This document shows, piece by piece, positions 36,890 to 47,400 of a stretch of 64,000 nucleotides of DNA. The notes beneath the pieces were generated by a model. That model saw only the letters and a program-made list of their open reading frames with translations, did not search any database and had not been told where the DNA came from. The stretch comes from an uncultured Gammaproteobacteria bacterium (lineage in GTDB: Bacteria; Patescibacteriota; Microgenomatia; Levybacterales; UBA12049): the NCBI GenBank assembly GCA_964416505.1, contig CAYQEJ010000001.1, positions 146,363-210,362 of the forward strand. The letters run 5' to 3'. The stretch's first letter is position 1; every line of letters starts with the position of its first letter. Made by a program: the position numbers and the translations under genes.

Positions 36890-36969
36890 TTATATATGAT
36901 ACTAGTTAGAATCTTCAGATGTCAAATCTTCCACATTGCTTAAAATCATGAAATTAGAAGGCTAAAAAG

Positions 36970-37635
36970 CTATAATGCGCCTTTTCCAGAGATCATCGCA
37001 CCTGGAGTCTTAAAAATTATCGAAAGATCATATATAACAGATCTTTTCTTTACATACTGCGCATCCATCTTTATTCTTTTATCGAAATTAATTTCTGATC
37101 TTCCTGATACCTGCCAAAATCCTGTTACCCCTGGGCGAACCGAAAGCACCACTTTCACATCTTCCCGGGTTTCGGGATATCTGATCTGTTGTTCACGAAG
37201 TTCATCGGGATAATAAGCCCGTGGCCCCACAAGACTCATCTCTCCTTTTAAAATATTAAAAAATTGTGGCACTTCATCCAAAGAATGTTTTCGAATAAAA
37301 TGACCCACATTTGTTATTCTTGGATCGTCTTTTAATTTATAACTTCCTTTTTTATAATCTTTATAAAGTTCTGCGAATTTAGGATTTTCCCTGAGAAGCT
37401 CATGGGCATTCTCAATCATCGAACGAAACTTATACATCTTAAATGGTTTCCCGTTTTTTCCAACTCTTTCGGGAGTATCAGCCAGAATTGGTCCTTTCGA
37501 ATCAATTTTTATAGCAATAGCAACAATTAAGATTATGGGTGAAAAAATTGCAATAAGAATAATTGAGAAAGCTATATCAATTGTTCTTTTTAAAACCTCG
37601 TATATAAAACTTTTTTTTACTTCAATAATTGGCAT
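36970..37635 (-). CDS. Priming polyprenyl-phosphate sugar-phosphotransferase (Bac_transf; WcaJ/CpsE/WbaP catalytic domain)
   Basis: KR..DI, RVG.NG..F...KFRSM, DPRIT.VG..IRK.SLDE.PQ..N.LKGEMSLVGPR and PG.TG.WQVSGR motifs. Confidence 0.95.
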   Translation of the reverse strand: MPIIEVKKSFIYEVLKRTIDIAFSIILIAIFSPIILIVAIAIKIDSKGPILADTPERVGKNGKPFKMYKFRSMIENAHELLRENPKFAELYKDYKKGSYKLKDDPRITNVGHFIRKHSLDEVPQFFNILKGEMSLVGPRAYYPDELREQQIRYPETREDVKVVLSVRPGVTGFWQVSGRSEINFDKRIKMDAQYVKKRSVIYDLSIIFKTPGAMISGKGAL

Positions 37636-37641
37636 AGGAAA

Positions 37642-38715
37642 TTAAGTCAAATGCTCATGGGGAGTACCTGCCAGACTCTCAACCAATTTTTTGATTTTCG
37701 GAACAGAAGTCTTAGGACAAATCAAAACAACATCGGGGGTATTAATAACAAGCATTTCAGAGAGATCTATTCCCACAGTAAGCTGATTCGTATAATTAAA
37801 CACGAGACTGTCTCTTGAATCCTCAACCATTACTTTTCCTTTAGTAACATTTTCATCTATATTTTCGCTCAACGCTTCCTTTAAAGCTTCCCAAGCACCT
37901 ATATCACTCCATCCAATATCAACTGATATTACAAATATTTTTGAAGTGGTAAACTTCTCGAGTATTGCATCATCAAAACTTATCTTCTCAAGGGTTGGAT
38001 AAATATCGGCAAGACTTTTCTCATAATCAGAAGATTCTACGATTTTCATCAAATTTTCATACATGTCTGGAACATGTTTTTCAAATTTTTGTAAAAGGAA
38101 TTTTGGGGTAGTTACAAAATATCCCAAATTCCATACATAATGAGAATCTCCATAAAAATCTTCCGCCTGAGAAAGCTTAGGACGATACTTAAGTTTTTTA
38201 AATTCTAAAACAGCAAGACCATTTTTATCAGAAACTTTTTCACCACATTGAATCCATCCTACATTTTGATTAGCAAATCTTGGTTTTTGTCCAATAAAAA
38301 CAAAATCGGCTTCTCCATCAGTTATGGATTTCTCAGCAATTCGCAGTGCTTTTTGAAAAATTCCAATTTCTTTTACCATATGATCACTCCAGATTATTGC
38401 CATAGGCTCATCAGGACTGATCTTATTTAAAATTGCAGTTGTTAATCCAATGGCAGGACCCACGTCCCTCATCTCTGGTTCGAAAATAAAATTATCACGA
38501 GGAATTTCTGGTAATTGATCCATTACAATATCTTTGTATCTTGCTCCCGTAGCAATATATATATCACCAGGATTAAACTCAGGCTGAAGTCTTGAAACAG
38601 CCTCTTGAAGAGTAGACTTATCTCCTATTAATTTTCCAAACTGTTTTGGTGTGTTTTTTCGTGAGAGCGGCCACAATCTTGTTCCCACTCCTCCTGCAAA
38701 AATTACTACCTTCAT
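37642..38715 (-). CDS. manC: Mannose-1-phosphate guanylyltransferase
   Basis: AGG.GTRLWPLSR...PKQF, EP, SDH, ISFD.AILEK and WSDIG.W motifs. Confidence 0.9.
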   Translation of the reverse strand: MKVVIFAGGVGTRLWPLSRKNTPKQFGKLIGDKSTLQEAVSRLQPEFNPGDIYIATGARYKDIVMDQLPEIPRDNFIFEPEMRDVGPAIGLTTAILNKISPDEPMAIIWSDHMVKEIGIFQKALRIAEKSITDGEADFVFIGQKPRFANQNVGWIQCGEKVSDKNGLAVLEFKKLKYRPKLSQAEDFYGDSHYVWNLGYFVTTPKFLLQKFEKHVPDMYENLMKIVESSDYEKSLADIYPTLEKISFDDAILEKFTTSKIFVISVDIGWSDIGAWEALKEALSENIDENVTKGKVMVEDSRDSLVFNYTNQLTVGIDLSEMLVINTPDVVLICPKTSVPKIKKLVESLAGTPHEHLT

Positions 38716-38716
38716 A

Positions 38717-39796
38717 TTAAATTTTATTTTTCATATAATTTTCTAAATTTGCTTTAAAAGAATTAAATGAAAATTTTTCAGAATTTTCTATTATGACTGG
38801 CTTATTATATATTCTTTCATCGAATCTTTCCAATACCCTAATTAAAGCTTCCGAACTTTGATCTCTAAAAAACTCCCCAGTAATACCCTCTTTTACTATA
38901 TCCAAAGCTCCACCTGCCTTATATGCAATTACCGGTTTTCCAAAAGCTTGTGCCTCTGCCATCACCAATCCAAAATCTTCATTGCCAGGAAAGATTAAAG
39001 CTTTGCAATTCTCATAGTAATACGCCAGTTTCTCATCTGTCAATTCTCCTAAAAACTCTATATTTTTATTCGCTAGTTTTTTATAAGGCTTTAGAAGTGG
39101 ACCTCCGCCAACAATTTTTAATTTTAAGTTAGTTTTATTAAATGCTTCTATAGCAATATCGATTCTTTTATAGTAATTAAATCTTGAAAGCCGGGAAACA
39201 ATTAAGAAATAATCATTTTTTCTTTTTTTAATTTTTTTTGGTTTATCCAGCATGAGTGGAGGAAAAATTATTTCACTATCCCTATCGTAATATTTTTTTA
39301 TTCTATTTCTTACTTCCGTAGAAATAGCAATCATATGATCTGGTCTTTTGGAAGCAATTTTATCCCAGTTCCGAAGATAACCTACGGATCCGCTTGCTAA
39401 AAACTTCAAAGTATTATTTTTAAAATAATCATCAAATCCACTCCATAAATAACGAGTAGGAGTTAGACAATAACAGATATGCATTGTTCCTTCGCGCGTT
39501 ATAATCCCTTTTGCAGACTCACTCGTCACCGATATTACGAGATCATAATCATCAAATGAAAATCTCTCAAATGCCAATGGCATGAATAGAGCTAGAAATT
39601 CGTTGTATTTCCTAAGGCTTTTTGCAGATTGAAGAAATGATGTTTTAATTTCAAAATCTTTTGCCCAAGAATTTTTTTCTTCTGAATAAACCGATGTATA
39701 TAAAGGTGCGTTAGGGAAAATCTTATGCAATGCTAGAAGAACTCTTTCTGCCCCGCCCCACTTATTTACCCGGTCATAAACCAAGGCTACTTTCAT
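38717..39796 (-). CDS. GT4 glycosyltransferase (WbaZ-like mannosyltransferase)
   Basis: GGAERVL, YC.TP.RY.W and EDFGLV.AEAQA.G.PVIA...GG motifs. Confidence 0.9.
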   Translation of the reverse strand: MKVALVYDRVNKWGGAERVLLALHKIFPNAPLYTSVYSEEKNSWAKDFEIKTSFLQSAKSLRKYNEFLALFMPLAFERFSFDDYDLVISVTSESAKGIITREGTMHICYCLTPTRYLWSGFDDYFKNNTLKFLASGSVGYLRNWDKIASKRPDHMIAISTEVRNRIKKYYDRDSEIIFPPLMLDKPKKIKKRKNDYFLIVSRLSRFNYYKRIDIAIEAFNKTNLKLKIVGGGPLLKPYKKLANKNIEFLGELTDEKLAYYYENCKALIFPGNEDFGLVMAEAQAFGKPVIAYKAGGALDIVKEGITGEFFRDQSSEALIRVLERFDERIYNKPVIIENSEKFSFNSFKANLENYMKNKI

Positions 39797-40883
39797 AAAT
39801 ATTAAGTGTTTCCTGGGCAGTTTTTTTCCATGAATATTTTCTTACAAGTGTTTGTGCCTTTTCTATCATCTTATTTTTTTCTGATTCACTTAATTCCAAA
39901 ACCATTTTCATTTTATCGAGTATATCATCTGTATTAAATTGATCAAAGTAGAAAACGCTGTCTTTTAAAATTTCTCTATGAACCGGTATGTCAGAAGCGA
40001 GAACAATACCTTCGCTTTCAAGAGCTTCGAGTGGAGGGAGACTAAAGCCTTCCATGAGCGAAGGCCTAATTAATGCTATTGCATTTCTGTAAAGAATCGA
40101 TAATTCTTCATCGCTCACATTATGTAAAAAAATTATATTTAAATCTTTAAAATTTTTTGATACATGCTGCTTAAGTTTTTTGTAAAGAAAGTCTTCTTTT
40201 CCCACAAAGATTAATGATAGGTCTTTTTTTTCTTTGGATATTTTTTCAAATGAACTTAAAACTGAACCTACGTTTTTATGAGCAAAAACATTTCCCACGT
40301 ACATGAAATAATTTTTATATTTTGTATCCTTATTTTTTATAACTTTAAAATCATCTGAAGCTTCATAAACCACATCAACTTTTTTCTCATTAACTTTTAA
40401 AGTGCTTACTATATCTTTTTTTGTGAACTGCGAAACTGCAATTATTTTTTTTGAAATTCTTGCTGCATTTGCAACAATTAATCTATAAGCAATTATCTTA
40501 AATCCTAATAACCATAGAGGAAGAGTAGAAGATGAACCAGTAAAATAATGATGAAAAATTAAATCATGTATCGTTACAACATAAGGCCTTCTGTATATAA
40601 AAGGAACACTAAAATATGGAAAATGAACTAAATCTAAATTTTCTTTTTTTAAAACCTTTGAAAATCTTAATTGTTCCGAAATTGTATGCCAGTAAATATT
40701 TGACTCTACAATTTTCCAATTTTTATTATTTATCTTTTTTCTAATATTTTCCAAATCATCTTTTAGAGCAAACAAAACATAATCATTTTTAGTGTCAATT
40801 TCTGATAAGTTAATCACTAAATTTCTTATATATCTTCCTACACCCCCTTGAGACCAAAGCCTAATATCAATACCAATCTTCAT
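39774..40883 (-). CDS. GT4 glycosyltransferase (MtfB-like)
   Basis: MKIGID.R, GVGRY, VTIHDL, HKN and PS..EGF.LP.LEA motifs. Confidence 0.92.
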   Translation of the reverse strand: MKIGIDIRLWSQGGVGRYIRNLVINLSEIDTKNDYVLFALKDDLENIRKKINNKNWKIVESNIYWHTISEQLRFSKVLKKENLDLVHFPYFSVPFIYRRPYVVTIHDLIFHHYFTGSSSTLPLWLLGFKIIAYRLIVANAARISKKIIAVSQFTKKDIVSTLKVNEKKVDVVYEASDDFKVIKNKDTKYKNYFMYVGNVFAHKNVGSVLSSFEKISKEKKDLSLIFVGKEDFLYKKLKQHVSKNFKDLNIIFLHNVSDEELSILYRNAIALIRPSLMEGFSLPPLEALESEGIVLASDIPVHREILKDSVFYFDQFNTDDILDKMKMVLELSESEKNKMIEKAQTLVRKYSWKKTAQETLNIYESSLGL

Positions 40884-41752
40884 ACACTTTTTTTTATTTT
40901 TGCTTGATAGAGTTTAAAGTTAATCCCTAAGTAGACTAAGTAATTTATAAAAAAGGGATATTTTTTCTCATAGTGTTTTTTATAAAAAATTTTCATTGTT
41001 TCGTAAAAATATTTTCTAGAATTTACGCGTGTTTCTTCGCTAGCTTTAGAATCTAGTTGACTATGTTTTTTTATACCTGAAGAAACACCTTTAACGTGCA
41101 TAACCTTAACATTTGGTAGGTAGAAAATTTTGAATCCAGCTTTTTTAATTCTAAAACATAGATCAATGTCTTCTCCGTAAAGGAAATAATCTTCATCAAA
41201 ATATCCAACTTTATCTAAAACATTTTTCCTCATAAACATAAAGGCACCTACAACACTATCCACCTCATGCGATTCCTTCATGTTTTTATTTGTTAAATGA
41301 TAGAGCCTGTCATTTCTAAATACAAAATACATTAGAGCTGCTAATGGGGTAGGGAATCCACGATGTGAAGCTTTATCCAAAGTTCCATCGCTTTTTTCAA
41401 CTCTGCAAGATGAAACACCTACTTCAATATTTTTTTCCATAAATTCATATACATATCTAAGACTTCCTGGCATTATTTCGCAATCCGGATTCAATGTTAA
41501 AGCATAGGGGGTATTTAAATTTTTTAAAATTAAATTGTGTGCTTTCCCAAATCCTAAGTTAGATTCATTCTTAATAAATTTAAATTCTTTAAATTTTTCC
41601 TGAGCATCTTTAAAACTATTATCACTGGATCCGTTATCTACCACATAAACATCAAATTCTAATTCATTCTCTACTTTTCTAAGTGACTCTAGGCAATTTA
41701 ATAAATATACTCCAGCATTATAATTTACAATTGATATAGTCAATTTTTTCAT
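40880..41752 (-). CDS. GT2 glycosyltransferase (WbbL/rhamnosyltransferase-like)
   Basis: IVNYN, VVDN.S.D, N.GF..A.N, LNPD, GAF and FDEDYFLYGEDID motifs. Confidence 0.9.
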   Translation of the reverse strand: MKKLTISIVNYNAGVYLLNCLESLRKVENELEFDVYVVDNGSSDNSFKDAQEKFKEFKFIKNESNLGFGKAHNLILKNLNTPYALTLNPDCEIMPGSLRYVYEFMEKNIEVGVSSCRVEKSDGTLDKASHRGFPTPLAALMYFVFRNDRLYHLTNKNMKESHEVDSVVGAFMFMRKNVLDKVGYFDEDYFLYGEDIDLCFRIKKAGFKIFYLPNVKVMHVKGVSSGIKKHSQLDSKASEETRVNSRKYFYETMKIFYKKHYEKKYPFFINYLVYLGINFKLYQAKIKKSV

Positions 41753-42918
41753 AATAAATTTTTATAAATTTTATTTAACTTAAAAGTTATATTATTCCAG
41801 TCAAAATTTTTCTCAATAAATTTTCGCCCATTTCTTGAAATTTTTTCATATAAATATTCATCGCTTAACAACTGTAATGTTTTTTGCGAAAATTCTTCAG
41901 GCTTGTCAGAAATTAATATCTCTTCATTATCTTTCGCCAGTATTCCCTCATTGCCCAGTAAAGTTGTAACAACTGGAGTACCACTAGACATTGCTTCCAG
42001 AATTTTAAAATTTGTTCCACCCCCTACCCTAATCGGAGACAGTAAAACATATGCATCTTGAAAGATTTTTTCTGTTTCATCAGGAGCATTTTCGTCAAAG
42101 ATTATCGAGCTGTCTTCATGACTCTTTATAGAATCAGGGATATTTTTCCCTACTATCCAAAGCTTTGCATCTTTATTTTTTGAAGACACTTTTGGCCAAA
42201 TATTTTTAATAATGTACATCGCAGAATCCCTATTCTGAATCCATTTAAAATCTCCAATAAAAAGAACTCTTTTTTCTTTTTTATTTTTATCCATTTTTTT
42301 AAATTTAAATTTTTCAATATCTACACCATTTGGAATTACCTCAACGTCGTTCCTGTTCATTTCATCTGCTTCTTTCTGTGATACAGCTATTAGCTTATCT
42401 GCTTGTTTCCAAAATTTCTTTTCAGTATTCTTTAACTTAATTATATCCATGTAGAGAATAGGTCTTAATGGTAGTAAAGCTTTCTTTACAAATTTCTCAT
42501 AAACTTTATATTCTATATTATGCTCCACTAGCACTTTTGGTAAATTAGTTTTTGGTAAATTTTGCATGACATAAAAAGTTTCTATATGAATAATTTCAAA
42601 TTCCTCATTTTTTAAAATCTCTACTAGTTTTCTTTTCATTTCCGAATTTTTATGACCAGCAATTAAGAATGGATCTAATGAAAAGCCGGTTAACAATATA
42701 TTTTTCATAGACCATTGTTTTCTTCTTTCAACTGTATAAACTTCTTTACAAAGCTTTTTAAGTTCGTCAACATCTTTCTGCGTTTGATTGCTTCTTCTTT
42801 CACAAACTAGAGTTATCTCATTATCTTTTGAAAGATTTTTTATAATATTGTAAAGCCTTACGTTCCCACCAGAAAAAAGAGGAAATGGCAGATATGAAGA
42901 AACCATTAAGATTTTCAT
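41749..42918 (-). CDS. GT4 glycosyltransferase
   Basis: LP.P...GG..R, EHNIE, IPNGVD and P...GGG...KILEAM..G.PVV motifs. Confidence 0.9.
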   Translation of the reverse strand: MKILMVSSYLPFPLFSGGNVRLYNIIKNLSKDNEITLVCERRSNQTQKDVDELKKLCKEVYTVERRKQWSMKNILLTGFSLDPFLIAGHKNSEMKRKLVEILKNEEFEIIHIETFYVMQNLPKTNLPKVLVEHNIEYKVYEKFVKKALLPLRPILYMDIIKLKNTEKKFWKQADKLIAVSQKEADEMNRNDVEVIPNGVDIEKFKFKKMDKNKKEKRVLFIGDFKWIQNRDSAMYIIKNIWPKVSSKNKDAKLWIVGKNIPDSIKSHEDSSIIFDENAPDETEKIFQDAYVLLSPIRVGGGTNFKILEAMSSGTPVVTTLLGNEGILAKDNEEILISDKPEEFSQKTLQLLSDEYLYEKISRNGRKFIEKNFDWNNITFKLNKIYKNLL

Positions 42919-44405
42919 GGTTTTTTTGTTAAATCAAAAATAATGTATTGCGAAGTTGATTCAACAATTAAATAACGGGATTTATAATAATCGTCTGATG
43001 GTGTTGGATTTGCAATAACTAAATATTGAGCCCCTAATTGATCTACCATTTCTTGAATATCTTTTTCATAACTTGCCCATCCTTTTCTTTTTGTTTGGTA
43101 GAGAAATGAAGTGTCACCATCATAATTTGCAATCACTTTTGCATTCTTTGGAGTTAGTCTGTCAACTGCGGCACCTGCAGCAATAATAGATGGATTATTT
43201 ATATTAAAAAGATCTCTGATAACATACCATCTAAAAGCTAAAGTAAATACTACACACGTTAAAAGAACAATTAAACCAAATTTTTTGCTGAAATATTCTT
43301 TGGGAGGGTTTATGAAAAACTTGAACCCCAGACCTACAAATACTGCAAGTGAAGGTATTATTAGAATTTGATAATAGTCATGTTGAACATTTCCTCTGGC
43401 AATTGTGAATAAATACAGAAGAGCTGAGGCTAAAAAAGACCACAAAAGCAACATCTGCCCTTTTCTAAACGAAAACAATTTTTCTGATTTTGAATTAAGA
43501 AGTAGACCAAGAACAAAAACAGGCGTCAACCAATATCCCATGATTAATCCACCAATTCTTCTGGAAAATAACCAATAGAAAAATGATCCTTTAAATCTAA
43601 TATTCCCTTCATTAAACAACCACGCGCTGATTGGAATTCCCTCAGGAAAATGCAACATCCACTGTCTCCACAAAACTAACGGAATCAAACTTAGAATGAG
43701 AAAGATCCAAATAGGCCATTTCTTAATAAAATCTTTACCGAAAACAGAATAAGCTACAGCTCCAAAAGGAAGCGTAAAAAATAATGCAAATGGTTTGAGT
43801 AGAAATGCGCCAGCAGTAAAAACTAACATAAGGAGGAAGTAAAGAAAAAGCATAATAGATTTTTTATTTTTTTTATATTCATCAATCCATAAAATGAAGA
43901 AAAATATTCCTCCAACTATCGAAGAGATCATAATTGGATCTGGAAGAATTACTCTTCCGTAATAAATGTTATAGGGAATTAATGAATAAAAGGCTGCAGC
44001 TCCCAATGCTACATATTCATCAGCAAACTTTCTAAGAATTCCATAAATGAATATAACAGTCAAAAGAGAAAAAATAATTGTAATAAGTCTTCCCCATTCT
44101 TCCAATGTTAAGATACCAATATATTTAAATGATGCCGCTTGTAAAAAGTTGTAAATTGGAAATTCTACAAATCTATAACCTTTAGGGTTTTCAATCTTAC
44201 CTCCTGTCTGAACGTTTGAAAGATCATGAAATTTTGGATGGAGCAAGTCAAAACCTTCTTCTACAAAAACACGAGAAACTGAGGAGGTATCTGCCTGGCG
44301 CCAGCTATGCCAGTCTGCAATTGGACCATCAAACCTATATAGTCTTAAAATAAAACCGATTATTAAAATAACGCCGAGAAGAATTAAACTTAGCCTTTTA
44401 GACAT
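42915..44405 (-). CDS. GT-C fold membrane glycosyltransferase (ArnT/PMT_2-like)
   Basis: Multi-pass protein with H.WRQADT, EFP.Y, R...PD, KP and H.YYQ motifs. Confidence 0.8.
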   Translation of the reverse strand: MSKRLSLILLGVILIIGFILRLYRFDGPIADWHSWRQADTSSVSRVFVEEGFDLLHPKFHDLSNVQTGGKIENPKGYRFVEFPIYNFLQAASFKYIGILTLEEWGRLITIIFSLLTVIFIYGILRKFADEYVALGAAAFYSLIPYNIYYGRVILPDPIMISSIVGGIFFFILWIDEYKKNKKSIMLFLYFLLMLVFTAGAFLLKPFALFFTLPFGAVAYSVFGKDFIKKWPIWIFLILSLIPLVLWRQWMLHFPEGIPISAWLFNEGNIRFKGSFFYWLFSRRIGGLIMGYWLTPVFVLGLLLNSKSEKLFSFRKGQMLLLWSFLASALLYLFTIARGNVQHDYYQILIIPSLAVFVGLGFKFFINPPKEYFSKKFGLIVLLTCVVFTLAFRWYVIRDLFNINNPSIIAAGAAVDRLTPKNAKVIANYDGDTSFLYQTKRKGWASYEKDIQEMVDQLGAQYLVIANPTPSDDYYKSRYLIVESTSQYIIFDLTKKP

Positions 44406-44427
44406 TTAATTCTATTTTAATCTATAG

Positions 44428-47400
44428 CTATGGCATTATCAAATCATTTGGTGTGGGAACTTTTTTTCGCTCCACTGGGGTTACGTTTCCATTTTCCGTA
44501 AATCTAAATACGGGGTGCGATAGAGATAAACCCGCAGCTTCTATTGCAACTTTTTCATCTGAATAAGTAAATATCTTTGCATCATCATTTTTAAATGCAA
44601 ACCAAACTGCATCTTCTAAGCCAACTGGAAATACCCATGCTTGCCCATCTCGCGTAGGAACATTTACAAAGTGGAACTGAGTATCTTTATCTGACCAATA
44701 AATAGTATAAAGAGATTCCATTGAAATAAAGAACCTTTTTGTTTTATTTCCCGCCTCATGCCAGTTAAAGAAAGTGCTTTGGTTTTGAATAATGTGAAAA
44801 AGCACAAAAACTATTACCACTACTGATGAAAGCCCTATCGATATTTCCTTTCCGCTACTCTCAAGATAACCATATATCTTTTTAAAGATTACGACTAATA
44901 CAAGGGCTACAGCCATCGTAGAAAGATAACTGTATCTAGATGCTATATTTCCTAAACCCAAAAATGGAAGAAGAGAAATTACAAAAAATCCTAATGAGAA
45001 ATAAATAATTTTTCTTTCGCTCAAATCAAATATTTTAACAAAGAATTTATATCCAAAGTATAAAATTACCAAAATAACTGGAATCGCGATTAACGATAAT
45101 AAAATGTTTGTTCTTGCAAAATTTCTAAGAGGGTCATAAATAGACAAAGACATCGGACCAATTATTCCCAGCGAAAGATAACCAAACAAATTTCCTACTA
45201 TATTAAAAGGAAGATTTAATAGATTATAACTATAGTCTCCACCAGACCAATGACTATTGGCTAAGAATCGAATCGCCAAATATCCTAGAATTGGAAATAA
45301 AACCAAATATACGTCAAATGATCTTGGAAGTTTTTTGATCGACGGCACTAACCCCTCTTTAAATACTTTATAAAGTAAAATTATTATCGGAGCAACGATT
45401 CCAAGCTCATGAAAAGCCATCGCAAAACAAATTGAAATTATAGATGCTAAAAGAAAATAAAATTTTCTTTTTTCTTCCCAAAATATAAATAAAAATAGCG
45501 AAAGCAATGTAAACACTGCAGTAAACAAATGTCCAATTGAAGAAATCCAGAAAACATTTTCCAATGGTCCACTTAATGCCATAAATAGAAATGCACTCAT
45601 TGACGCAAAAAGTGAATTTCTAAAAATTTTTCTCACTACTAAGAAAAATAAAGAAGCAGATATGAAATGTAACAGGAGAGATGAAAAATGGTAAGCAACT
45701 TGATTCAACCAGAATGTCTTATACATCAAGAAAAAATAAATCTTCATTCCGGGTCTGTAGAAAAAGCCATCTGAATTAGTAAAATAGCTTAATACTATTG
45801 ATACAGGAGAACATTTATCCTGGCACTGTGCCGCCCATCTTAACCAAGTAAAATCATCTGCAACAAAATAATTATTTAGAGTTGGGGAAAATAGAACTGT
45901 CGCAAATATAAATAAGTATCCAATAACCGCATAGTCTGAAGTTAACGCCTTTTTAATTTCTTGACTTAATGAAAAACTATGGACTTGATAAAGTCTTAAT
46001 GTTCCAAAAACAATTCCTACCAGAATCCAAAGAACGAAAGCAATTTTCGAAGCTTCAAATACGTCAATAAGGACTGCATTTAGAGCAAGACCAATAACAC
46101 CTGCGCAAAATCCTAATACAAAGCTTTTTACAAAAGGAGAATCTATGTCTGGATATATTTTTCTTACATATATTCCAAGTGATAAAAACAAAAGAAAAAA
46201 AGAAATAAATCCTAATAGACCAATTTCACCTAAAATTCTCAAATAATTGTTATCAACTGCTAGACTTACAGAACCATATCCGCTACCTATTAATATATTC
46301 TTCTTGAACGCTTCAATTGCCCTTGGCCATTCACCCTGAAATCTAGTGGTAAATGATAAATCATATGCAGAAGCTCTCTTAACAATAAAATTTCCTCTTA
46401 ATACAAGAGCTTGCGCAGAAAGAGAAGATGAAGAACTATCTGGAATTTCTATAAAAAAACTATTAGCACGCTTAACAACCGGAGAAAGATAAAGATTTGT
46501 ATACCCTGTACCTTGAGGAAGATTCTCGCCTGTAGAAATATTTACAGCTGTTAAAATAGGAGCTTCCTGAGGAATAAGCTTATAAGGAAGTATCACATCT
46601 TCTTTTGAATTTACTCCATTTTTCTGACTGTCTCTAATTGCTTCCGCTAGCTCTTCTTGATCTCTAACATTTCTCTGAAGCACTATCTTATCCTTAAAAT
46701 ATTCTTTAGGAACAAATTTAACATGTCCTACAGACTCCCCAGTTGCAGCATCTACCAAAACATCAACCTCGGAAACAGTGCTCTTAAATCGGTCAAATAA
46801 AGAAGACTGAAAACTAATAAATAGAATCCCTCCGATTAAGGCTATCGGAATAAGCGCAAGTATAAGTTTCTTTTTTTGAAACAAAAGTATAAATCCAAGA
46901 GAAATAAATAAAACAAAGAATGAAACCCTTGAGACTGTCATAAGCAAAAGTACTATTCCACCCAAAGAAATAACTGCTAAAATAATCTTTATCAAGTAAT
47001 TTTTTACCCCGAAAAAAAGACTAGCAACGATTGGAATTACCAAAACAAGATATGCAGCTAAGTCATAATGGCCGGCAAAAGTTGAAGGAACTCTAGATAA
47101 TGCTGAAAGCTTTATAGGAACTCCTTTGGCAAATTCTTCGTTCATAGTAAGAAATGCAGGAAAACCTAAATACTTCTGACCAAATCCATAAAAAATAACA
47201 CCCATTATAGCTAGCATTAGAGCGCTAACAGCTACAGGCACCAATCTTTTATCTCTAATACCTTCATAACCTATAAAGAAAAGACTAAGGTATTCTATGT
47301 GCCTAATTAGGCTTAAAAATGCAACATTAGGATATGCATTAGAAATTGTGGGAAAAATTAGAAGAATTCCATGAATTGTTGCGATACCTCCAATAATCCA

